NCBI GenBank assembly: GCA_000708835.1
Contig: DF237481.1
Span: 1 to 62,162 of the forward strand
DNA from: Klebsormidium nitens
Lineage: Eukaryota; Plantae; Klebsormidiophyceae
Reading direction: 5' to 3'
Length of the DNA: 62,162 nt
Part shown: positions 47,714-58,826 of the stretch, one piece after another
Numbering within the stretch: position 1 is the stretch's first letter
How the letters are laid out: each line of letters opens with the position of its first letter
Translations under genes and position numbers: made by a program
The notes under the pieces: model-generated
The model's database searches: none
Told to the model about the DNA's origin: nothing
Seen by the model: only the letters and a program-made list of their open reading frames with translations

Positions 47714-50700
47714 CTACCTCAGGTGCAACAAGAGAGTGTCAGGCGCCTCTAAGTACCGCTTCCATGCTTGACAGAATGAAGCTATGCTTGCCCCATCAAT
47801 TACTCGGTGATCAGCGGACCAACTAACCTGCAGAGTTCCAACCAGAAAACGGCTTTATCGTCAACATGCTTGTAGGAGATGCAATTGATCCATCAGATCA
47901 GCGTGTCAAGCATTTGCGTTCCGAAGCGAGCGGAATTTACAAGTAGACCCATCGCGAACCTCTTAAAGCTTGCTGAATGAGGAGGAAGAGCGACTCTGTA
48001 CTTTCTCTGGGACCCTGAGGATCAGGGATGAAGGTCGGATCCAAAGAAGCCCAACAAAGACAGTGAGTCGCGCTTTCAAAGCAGATCCAAGCAAATCCGA
48101 AACATCGAGCAACGCAAAGTGGGGCTTGACGGTGAGGAAAGTTTGGACGTTTGGACGCCTGTCCTCAAATAAGCAGAAGCTTGGATTGAGATTTGAAGTA
48201 GCCCTTAAGTTTCTCACAAGTACGTGCTAGCCAACAACTTCCGCTCCATGTGGCGTGGATCACAAACCTTGCTCGAACACCATTTCGATTTGGAATCACT
48301 TTCAAGCCGTCCCTCTGCTCGAAGTCGTTAACCTATAGCTCTGCTGAATCTCGATTATACGAGGCCTGGCTTCGGGAAAGTCGCACTTGACCCTCTTTGG
48401 GAGAGAGCCCCGCACCTTCGCAAACACGTGCGTGCTTAGGGGTTGCTTATAACGACCCGCAAGACCCGCGGTTACGGCCAAGTTGCTTGAGAATCTCCAT
48501 AGAATTTTCACAGAACTCGCACGCTGCAAGTTGTTGCAAGCAAATGGAATCAAGTTTCCTTGTTTCCGTGTTTGGACAGGTCGGAGAACGAAGCACCGCT
48601 CTCCCTGTGGTCCTTACCAGCACGATCGCGTGACTTATTGAGCAGGTTCGGAAAGTCGAAGTCATGCATACGTACGATGTACGAACAATCCAATATCAGT
48701 AGAGACTACAAGAGAGCCCAACAAAAGAACGAAAGGAATAAATGGATGAAAGGAATGAAAAGAAAGGAAAGATGGAAAGAAATGGACGCCGCACGGCCTC
48801 AACTCCCCCTCCCCCCCCTCACCTGCATTACTGCCACTGGCCGCAGCTCTCCCCCCCGGTACCGAGGCAGCGTTTGCACCTTTCCCAGAGCGACGATGGC
48901 GACTTCGGGCAGATTGATGAGGGGCGTAGCGTATGTACCCCCTATCGTGCCCACGTTTGACACGGTGATTGTGCCCCCCTTCAGGTCGTGGTCGGGCAGC
49001 CGGCCCGCTTTGGCGAGGCCCTGGAGCCGCTGCATTTCCTGAGCAATCTGCAAAGAGACGATACTTTGCAAGTTGTGCGCCCTGGAAAATTTCAGGCTTT
49101 TTGCGGTTTCGGAAAGGGCTTTTGGAATCTCTTGGGGGAGCGGTATAGGTGGTGGAGAAGGGGAGTGCAGTTGCGAGCAGCGAAGGGTTGCGAAAAGCCT
49201 CTCACTGAGCAGAAGATAGGAAAGCGTGACAAACAGAAATAAAATCAACGGCGTGTCGTGAATGGGTGTACGACGAGTTCTTTATCTCGGTTTCAGGACG
49301 GCAATTGTGGAGTCTACAAACTGGTGCAGACCTGGATCAGCGCGGGCCGAGGACCGCCAAGAACGCAGCTGCGACATTTGACTCATGCACTCAGCGCCCA
49401 AGTAGACTCTTTTTGAAGTAGTCGTACGACTCGCGACAACTTTCCAGTGCTTTTTTCGTGATTTTCAAGATGCGGCGACCAAGAATTCGTACGCCGCTTC
49501 TGAGTGGTCGCCAAAAGCTCACCTGTTTAACGGTAAGGTCTTGGCAATTCTTTACGTTGGGCACCACTAGGCCTTGGGGCGTTGCCATGGCAACTCCAAT
49601 GTTGTGGGACGCTGCAGGGCAGAGGAGGCAACGATGCTTCATTGCATTGGTTAACGAAGGTTAAAGAAGCTGCCCCCTGGCCTCTTTTCTGGAAGAACAA
49701 CATATCGACCAAGGAACGAGGCGTCCGCAGGAACTTGCATTGAACGTTGCAAATTTAGCGAAGCCAAACTACGTCACGGACGTAATCGCCGGGAACGATC
49801 TGCCAAATACAAGGCACAACATTTGCAGGAGGTCAACATGAACAGCCAGCACATTCTGACAGGTGCAGGATATGTGCAGCTTGTGACATGCAAGCGTCGT
49901 CTGCTGGGGGTCAAGCCTGAAAACAACTCAAAAGAGAATATGGGGGGATGGCTTCTAAGTGCGGCCGCCAATGAGGAAAGAGATTGTGACGAGGAAGTAC
50001 CACCGCAACGAACCTTTTTCTGCCAAACTTTTTTCGAACGCTTAGTCTCCGTGCGGGAGACCCGTGTGCTGGACTCATTCAGACCAGTGCGATGGAAACG
50101 ATCAACGATCTCTGCTTTGTCGACCACATTTGGGAAAGAAGCGAACCCACCTCGGCAGGTCAGCTCCGTCGCATCCGCGTTCACCGTCGCGTTCACCTCC
50201 GGAAAGTCCCGCAGCGCAGCCGATAGCGCCTTCATGATCAGCGGCATGTACGTCACCTTGACATCAGCGCCCCCAGCCACTGCCGCGGCCGCCTGAAACC
50301 AGCAGACATTCTTGAGTCTTGGGCTATCTTGAAACCGCACTTTCAGGTCTCCAAGTAAAGAAGGTATTCCATGTGCTCACTGAGCTTATTGGATGTAGAT
50401 ACCCGCACACGCCCCACGAATGACGTCACCGTCTTTCTGACTCCTCGTAAACGGAGTCTACGACCGTCACGGCACTTGCTTTGCCGAATGCCGCAGAAAA
50501 GAACGAGGCACAAGGCAACCGTGCCAGCCTGGAACAGGTGCGAAGAACTAGGTATGGAGACGGAAACCAGACCTGTAGCCGCGTCCGCAGCTCCACCAGC
50601 CGGTCCATGTCGATCTCCTCGCAGAAGGTGAAGTGCGGGACCTCATTCGCGGCCGCCATGCTCTTAGCCATGGCGCGCCGATAGCCCCTGCGTGACGTCA

Positions 50701-53700
50701 GCGAACAACGTCAGCAAAGTACGGCGCATTTTTGTCGATTTCATAAAGTGGGACCGCGGAAACACCGACAGGCTGAAGAGGTGGCCTTCTTTTTTGCGAC
50801 TTTGCTGTCGGTTCAGTTTCGTAAGTACCCCACGGGATACGTATGCAAACAGAACTCTCTTGTTGACCAGGTAGAAGGGCAGCTCATCAGTGGGATGCTA
50901 TGCGTCATGAAGCTCGTGTCTAGCTCTTGGTTAACTCATACGATTCTTCCTGCTGCCATGTCTGCTTGCTAAGGACTTTCATGCAGCGTGCTGCCGATCC
51001 GCCAAACTCCACAAGATGATAGCTTCGCTGCAGTTCCAATGCTTTCACCCTCAGAATGGCCATGGGAGGCGAATCCAGGAGAAAGATGCTCATTATTTCG
51101 CAGCATTTTAGCAACAAGGCCACAGGAGACAACCACATAAATGGCCTTAACAATGCACGGGCTGTTGCAATCACCTTAAAGGCACCACTTTGTCGCCCTC
51201 AGACGCAGCAACAGGAACCGGCCGTTCCGGCGCCTCGGGCCTGAGTGGTTCTGTTACGGACACGCTTTTGGGTTCGGACACTGTCGCAGGCGCATCCTGG
51301 GGCACGTCCGAAACGCCTCCAGCCTGCGGACACAAGCGTACGAAGCTGCTTCAGCTTCTGGAAGTACCATCTGGCGGATCGGCGACCAAACGGCCGGAAT
51401 GCCCGTTGTCCAAGACGCCGAACGCGGTACTAGGTGTTAAATTCCGCGGCGACAACAAAGCAGAATCCACTACGCAAGGAATCTACTAAACACCACGTGG
51501 CTGGTCGCCCTACTTAAGTAGAAAAGGGGAAGAAGCCAAAAGCGATGGCTGATTGCAAACAAAAAGGCAATAATTCTGCCAGCTTCTGCATTCAGCGGCA
51601 CCCTAGTCTTGCGCACAGGAGCGCCACCCCATCCTCACGGGCACGCAGATCGACAAGTAGTTCAGAGGCGGTCAATCGGAGAGAAAGGCGGAAGCTACGT
51701 GCTATCAAACATATTTCAAAGGCCTGGAGGGATACTCGACCCACTCCGTTCGTCTTACAGTCCCTTTCACCGCCGGAATCCTTAAAACTATGCTTCTGCT
51801 GATTGGAGCGAGTTGCGACGATACTTCAGGAGAAACGAGGCCGGGTGCGTACCTCTCGCGTCTCCTCAACACCTTGTGAGACTGCCACGAAACGAAGGAC
51901 GTCGCCTTTCAGAACGCGGCCCTCCGGTCCGGTTCCCACCTGGAAGCAATGCAATCTTTGCCTGAGCATGTGCTCACCAAAAATATTCGAGCCGTCAAGC
52001 CGTCATCGTTACGGTGCCCATCTGAAGGCCGTCGATTAATGCAATAAAGCTTTGTCTTCAAAGATTCTCATAACTCTCCCTGACCCTGTGACGTTTCCCG
52101 CACTGACCGGAAGCAGAATGTACAAAAAAGCTAAGCTAAGTTCGTAGTCAAATTAAAGAGGGCTTGACGTCTATGACCTCAGGCGAGAAGGAAAATAAAG
52201 AGAGAGCTTTGTTGCTGAGTAAAAAGAGACCTGTCCATGACAATGATACGTTCGCACTTGAGCATATACCAAGACAAAAGTGGAATCGGAAGCTTGCCTC
52301 ACCACGTTGCTAAGATCAACCCCGTACTCTCTCGCCAAGGCCCTCACTGCGGGGCTCGCTGATGCTTTGTGCTTAGGTCCATGGCCCCCTGTTCCCGCTT
52401 TCGGCGCGTGCTCGGATATCACCGATGCTGTAACAGGCTCCGATGCAGACGCCTTGTGAGCGGCAGCAAGGGCGGGCTCTTCTGATGACGTGGCAGGCTC
52501 GGGTTGGCCACCTAGGGGGGTCAGGTCGCACAGCGTTTCTCCAACCTGTCACAGTGATGCATAGCGTTTGAGAACGACACAGTTGAGAGTTCTTTCACGT
52601 GATGCTACCCGTTTTGGATTGGACAAGACATTGGCTTCGAGCACTTCACTTGGCAGCACATTGATTACAACCCAGGACAAGGGTATTTCGCCGACTCTCA
52701 TGAGGTAAGGTTGAGTAGAGGCCCTGTAAGATTTCACACTCTTGTTTCATACAAAGCTACAGAAACTGAAGCTCTATAAGACAGGAAGCAACCGGACACT
52801 GCTAATATTGCTAACGGTAGCCCTTCCAGATAGTCGACCCACGATCGCTGACTCTTCGTTTCCATATTTGCCCACTGAACACATTTGGCTAGCAGGCAAG
52901 CCATGTCAACGAGCGTCAGTTGCTGTGTGACCATGTTGACATGAAAGCATACACTAGCATTTGCATTCGACCGCTGGCATGTAGTCCACCAATTATATAC
53001 AGTACTGCAATCAAAGAACAAACTCGTCCAACAAACAGCTCATCGAAAGCGCGACTTGCCGAAAAACACCTGAAAATATTTCAAACTCTGACAGGGGCTG
53101 CGGACCATACCTTGACAATGTCTCCTGGCTGGAAGTAGATCTTGCGGACGGTGCCTGCGTACCGGCTGGTGATCTCCACTGAGGCCTTGTCGCTTTGCAC
53201 CTCGCAGAGTAGATCAAACTGCTGGACCTGCACCGAAAGATCAATCATCCTGGTCAGCTAAAAAGGGCAGATCAAGCTCAAACCGGTCCTTTAAATTGCA
53301 GTTTTTTTACTGAATGCCCTCAACTGCCTAGCTATGCTTTGGGTTGGACTAACGCCTTCGGTACGGTTGCTAGCCCCAAACAGAGTTTCTAACTCAAAAG
53401 ATAGCATAGGCGACTAGTAAACTTCAAAACAGAGCATGCCTGTGCGAGTTCCCAAAGCAGCTCAAGGACACCTGCAAAACCAGCTTTTCAGGGGAGACAC
53501 AGGTTCCTTGAAGTGAACAGCGAGCTGCTGGAAGTCATGTTGTCTTGCTACTTTACAAGGAGAACCGGAGTCCAATCAACCAAAAGGAGCGCTCGAGCAA
53601 GCAACCCAAGCACTGTTGCTGGCCCCATGACTAGAGGTGTCCAACTTGCAGAAGGAAAGAAGCTGGTGTATCGAAGGTGTGGTAGCACCTACCTCCTGCC

Positions 53701-54412
53701 CTTCCTTCACATTCCATTTGAGAACCTCGCACTCCGCAATGCCCTCTCCAGTTTGAGCGAGCAGAATATCGTAGACACCATCTTTGTTGAGCCCAGGCTT
53801 TGATGCAGGTGCTGAAAACTCTCGCCGTTCGTGCCATAGGTTATCCCAAGAGGTGCATCTCTGTTCATCGAAAAGTAAGACAGCATTTGAGGATGCATTC
53901 CTTTTCGGGCAAGCAGTGAGGATTGAGGTGGCAACCTTCTCAATTCAAAGAGAACGTGGCAAGTCAATACTCCGCACTCCACTTGGGTATACAGAAGTAC
54001 CACTGGATATAATCCAGTCATCAAATGGCAAGAAGACCAGCCACAGATGCGGTCTTTCAATGACAGCTCCATCTCATCGACTCATTGGCTCTAAAACCGC
54101 TCAACTCAGAGTAAAGGTAAGGAACAAGGTGTGAGCACAAATAGAGCGCCAATATTTCAACAGACAGCTGCATACAGACCAACAAGGTGTTGCTGAATGT
54201 GCAAGTACCTGTGCAGTAGTCCAGCTTTCCAGCAACAGAAACCTTTGACGTGGTGCTTCTGTAAGGGAGCTCAGCAAGCGCACGCTTTGCTTATGGTTGG
54301 CCTCCTCTGAGACTATCCTCCAGGCGGATGGATTTGATTGTGTCTCGACGCATACAGTGGCACTTCTGAGGCCCACCCGGAACCGAGTGAGCTGCCAGCG
54401 CAGTGCATGCAT
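47714..54412 (-). CDS. DBT: Dihydrolipoyllysine-residue (2-methylpropanoyl)transferase, E2 of mitochondrial branched-chain alpha-keto acid dehydrogenase; ~550 aa
   Basis: Exons 54209-54412, 53693-53860, 53111-53227, 52303-52545, 51853-51939, 51175-51323, 50573-50687, 50151-50292, 49523-49611, 48823-49047, 47714-47827. Arg-rich presequence, lipoyl domain [21 protein letters not shown]3-binding [23 protein letters not shown], catalytic [13 protein letters not shown]. Confidence 0.93.
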
Positions 54413-54661
54413 GGTGGCCTACGCGAACAGTATGTTTGAACTGAAGAGAAGGAAAGTAGATGAATCAATCTGCGATAGGCTCAAAGAGGTGCTCGTGGGG
54501 AGGAAAAGCGTTCAGAGCAACCATGGCTTGCATTGAACTCCTGATCAAAGCCTATTAGGGAGCTTTCAAATCTTAGGCTTCAGCTGCTGACTGTGGCACA
54601 GTGTCTCTTGGATTGGAAGTTGGAACCCTAACTTACAGCTGAGCGTCATCTCACACCAGCG

Positions 54662-54679
54662 CCACGTCAATCCACGTCA
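54662..54679. promoter_or_regulatory. Tandem CCACGTCA (bZIP hexamer-type) motifs between divergent DBT and ATP-delta genes
   Basis: gCCACGTCAatCCACGTCAt: two exact copies with 10-bp period. They may fall in a DBT 5' UTR intron. Confidence 0.35.
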
Positions 54680-55044
54680 TGTGCTATGTATTGTCATCAG
54701 AGTTTTGTCGTATGCAAAGAGTAGAGAGTTCAATGCTTCAAATTCAAAGTTTCCATTCTACTGAAGTCGTTAAATGGAATATTTGTTCATACTAGTTTGC
54801 TGGCGCCATAGCTTGGCATGTCGACTCGGAGGCAGGGGGGAGCATGCTGAGCACTTCATTCAGAATCAAATTGTGAAGAGTCAATTCAAACACACGGGAT
54901 TGGCTGCAGCACGCTCCTGGAGGTGGGGTACAGAGCTCAAGTGTCTACAGCAGGCGGTGCCATATTCCCCCAAGAGTGGTTTGCTGATAAGGTTGAAATA
55001 CCCAAGGAGGAGCTGCTCTTTTTGATCTGATAACCAGCGCAACG

Positions 55045-58000
55045 ATGCTCAGGCATTCCGTCCGGTCCTTTGTCAGGGCCGGTCGGTCGCTCAGATTGCG
55101 GTATGCAGATGCTGGGGAGGGGGGGGCGCCTGCGCTCGTGAGCAAGGAGGAGTTGAAGAAGGAATGGAAGAAAGTGGCCCCGAACCTTGATCTCCCAAAG
55201 TTTCCCGGCGATCTGCTACCCGCCAGACAAGAAGTCCCAAGCTCAATCCCTGAGAAAGTGACCTTGAACTTCCTTCTCCCTCACGACAGCCTCTTTGAAA
55301 AGGAAGAGGTGAGTGCTGGTGGTGGAAGATGAGAAAGTGCAACTATTGTTGGGATCTTGCTGTTGTTGCTGCATTGGCGGAAGTTTCCGGTTACGCTCAC
55401 GTATGGAGAAGGGTTTCAGCCTTCCTGATACACAGGGATGGAGAAGCTGATCGCCAAATTGGCATTGCATCCTGTGTTCAGCCGTACGGTCAACTGCAGA
55501 GATATCGTGGCACAAGTTGAAGAAGGAAACGCACAATGTGGCCAGGGCTTAACTGGCACTCCACATTGGATGGCTGTAGATTCTCACTATTGAAGTCACC
55601 ATTATCAGAAACTCTTATATGTGCCCGGCTTTCACTAGGTTTGCTGGTGAATGCTTTGGATTGCTTCGTCAGTGCATGCACCAACCTGCGCATCCAGCAG
55701 AAATCATAGAGCAAACTGTGCGGCTATGATCCTAACCCTAGACAAAGGTCTGACGGGTGAATCCCCCTTGAATTTAGGATTAATGTACTCATGGGATAAT
55801 TCGAGCACATTACCAAGTCACTTGAAGAGAAGCCAGATTACTTCTTTCCCTTATACTCTTTGCTTCTCTTCTTGCTCGCCTGTCCTTTGTTCCCCTCTTC
55901 TCTCCCTTCCATCGTAAACATCAATAAAATCACCAATCAATGCAAGTCTGGCTAACCTTTGCGAAGATCCTCTCACGTGGTTTTCTGCGTCAGCATAATG
56001 CTAATCACCTCTTAACGACACACCAATCCAGCACCCGTGCTGAGAAAGAATGCACTGATCAAGCCTGTTGGCTGTTTGTCCCCCGCTTCTCTATGCTTCG
56101 ATACAATTGAGCGCGCACTAACCAAAGCCACAAGTCTTGACGTTGGCAATTCAAGCCAGTCTTTCCGCCACACTGGGCACCCCCTCTGGATACATGCTAA
56201 GGGAGTACACAGTGCCAGCTCCACTGCGCACTCAACGAGCTAAACACGATTTAACCGTGCACCAACCCATCCCTCCACCACATTCTTCCACCAACAGATC
56301 AAGTGATCCTCCGCGCCACCAGTGGCTAGATGGGCCTCCGCCCTGGACATGAGCAAAACTTGAGTACAATGTAATCGTGATCCAAGCTAACGAAGCACCA
56401 AACAAGCTTAATATGTTTTGACTAAGCACTAATCCAACCACGTCAACAGGTGGACCAGTTATCCTCCCTTCCACCACCAACCCAGGGCGTGTCCGCCTCA
56501 ACGCGTGTCAACCGAGTCTTGATCAAACAGTAATCATGGCCAACTTAACAAGGCATCAGCCAACTCAAGTACCATGCGCTAACCCAGCCTTGACCAACTT
56601 CGTTAAGCAGGTGGACCGAGCCATCCTCCCCGCCACCCCCGGCCAGCCGGGAATCCTCGCTGAACATGTTACTACCTCTATAAGTGTGGTTTCATCGATT
56701 TTACCTCGTGAGCACTATTTAATCTTTTGACCAATGTGCTAACCCAAGCGTTGACCAACGTGGTTACCAGGTGGACCAAGTCATCCTCCCCGCCACCACC
56801 GGCCAGACAGGCGTCCATGCGAAACATATGGCGAGCTTCTTATCAAGGGAACAGTGACTATACTTATCAACTCTGTGGGGCATTCTGGGGCAGTTCAGTT
56901 TACAAATATCCCTTGCAAGCGCTAACCCTGCCTTAACCGACTTGGTTACCAGGTGGACCAAGTCATCCTCCCCGCCACCACCGGCCAGATGGGCGTCCTC
57001 CCCGGCCACGTCCCCACTGTGGCGCAGCTCCGGCCAGGCCTGCTCGAGATCTCCAAGGACAGCGAGATCACCAAGTTCTTTGTTAGCAGCGGCTTCGCCT
57101 TCATCCACGCGAACTCGGTGACCGACGTGATCGCGGTCGAGGCGGTGCCCCTCGACAGGTGTGTGCGCTTTCTCATCTGGTTTGTCTCCCCGGTGTTATC
57201 CTTTTGCTTGCATCATCCAGCCGTTTCCCCATTGTTCTGGTTGGGATTGAGGGCGACATCCCCGCAAACTCGGTGACCGACGTGATTGCGGTCGAGGCGG
57301 TGCCGCTCGACAGGTGCGTGCGCTTCGTTATGTTGTCGTCTCCTAATTGGCATCCTTTTGCTTCCGGTTCTGAACCGTCTTCGTTCCTGATTTGATTGTT
57401 GGTGAGGCTGACTCGCTTCTAGAGGTCTTATCACTTCGCTGTGGTGTCATTTCCATTCCTTGTTGGCTCCGAGTTCCATGGCTTCTGTGGTGCTGCCTTT
57501 GCTCTCGGGAAAGTGCCATCCAGACAGGTCCGCGCACTTCGTTGAGGTTTTTCGTTTCTTTTTTGCGGTTTGTTTGTATTCAGTGCTTCCCATTGCTGAT
57601 GTCATCAAGATGAAGGAGGTCCCATCAGACAGGATCATGCTGGTTAAGGCACTGCAAACCCAACTCTGGACATCCCTTGTCAACGTTAAGTCTGCATCTA
57701 TGAAAATTTTGCTTCTAATTTGCCCTTCTATAGTCTCCGCTCTAACTCCTAAGCACACGTTAAACACTTTAGGTGCCTCTTCAATCCTTTGCCCGTACCA
57801 GCGAGGCTTTTATGCTGGTCAGATTTGCGAGCAATCAAAGTCCTTTCGGTTTCCAATTTGAAGTTTCTGGCGACCTTTTACAATTTCTGGTTGAAGCCTT
57901 CTCATGCACTCTTGACATGACGTGATACACGTCAACCAGTCTGTAAGTGCGTACCCCTTTCGCTTCCACGACTCCTCCTGCTTCGGATTCAGTGGTTCGA

Positions 58001-58826
58001 TAATCCTCGCCTGATCTTATGCATTGGTCGAAACGGATCTCTCAGGCAAGACCCATCAGGAATGGTATCACCGTCATGCTTGGTTTGCTATTTATTATCT
58101 CTCCAGCTTCTGTGTTAACTTGGTCTCCGCAAAAAGTTAAGCCTTCTGGTGCTTTCTCGTCTTAGCACCTACATCAGAAGGACACGTTTGATGCAATTGG
58201 CAGGGCAGGATGGTTCCAGACAGAGTGTGCTGATTGCAGATTTGCGCCCAGCATTTGGTACTTCTGGCTCAGATCCTGGCCTTTAGCTGCGGATGTCTGC
58301 ACAGTCTAAAAGGGGCAAGCTTCGGATTCAGTGTTGCTTTTATCAATTGATCAGCATGGAGTCGCTTGGGCGCGCAGATCAACGGTTTTCCAGGGCAGGG
58401 CGCCTATTTTAAGGCAGGGCGTCGAACGGCTTTATTGTAACCAGTCTCTCTTGGTAGATCCGGATGCTCTCGTCGATGTATTCAGGCGCATCGAGACAAA
58501 TCACACGAGGGAAATAAGCGTGTGTCAAGATGCTTCCATCGTTCCACCCGATTTTGTTGCAGCTCGAAACCCGATTGACAGGACAAACGGATGTTCTCAT
58601 TCAGCATACAAGAGCCTGGTTCTGAAGTCGTCTGTGACAATACTTACACGAATGCTCGTTTTTAACACTGCACCTTCGTTCCTGCAGATTGGACCCTGAG
58701 GAAGTGAAGAAGGGCCTCAATGAGTACGTCGCAAAGCTTGCTGCTGCCGAGTCAGATGAGGATAAGGCCGAGGCGCAGATCGGTCTTGAGGTGCACAGCG
58801 CTATGAGCGGGGCGCTAGGTGTGTAG
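55045..58826 (+). CDS. ATP5F1D: Mitochondrial F1-ATP synthase delta subunit; 3 exons, 202 aa
   Basis: Exons 55045-55308, 56953-57158, 58688-58826 (609 nt). Sequence [17 protein letters not shown]|[59 protein letters not shown] matches plant F1-delta. Confidence 0.96.
56290..56857 (+). repeat. Four progressively degenerate copies of branch point, acceptor and 5' end of ATP-delta exon 2
   Basis: Acceptor-like AG at 56769, 56609, 56448 and 56296 versus the real one at 56951. The three nearest copies are followed by gtggacc..atcctccc..ccacc, with gctaacc or actaatc upstream; the 56296 copy starts mid-motif (atcaagtgatcctcc). Confidence 0.9.
57263..57640 (+). repeat. Copies of the ATP-delta exon-2 3' end plus donor in the following intron
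   Basis: 57263-57325 is near-identical (3 exonic substitutions). Degenerate copies lie near 57512-57540 (gtgccatccagacag|gtccgcgcactt) and 57595-57634 ([13 protein letters not shown] versus [13 protein letters not shown]). Confidence 0.8.

Noticed and set aside
56290-57000. Regularly spaced ~160-bp repeats as a CRISPR array or as complete mutually exclusive exons
   Set aside because: The repeat is exon-derived coding sequence in a eukaryotic intron, the units are degenerate, and the copies lack the exon 3' half and a donor.
3130-57640. Junction copies as assembly artefacts
   Set aside because: Copies range from identical to heavily diverged, include indels and stop codons, and follow a consistent polarity, which misassembly would not produce. 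Raw-read confirmation is still advisable for the identical 42-bp case.
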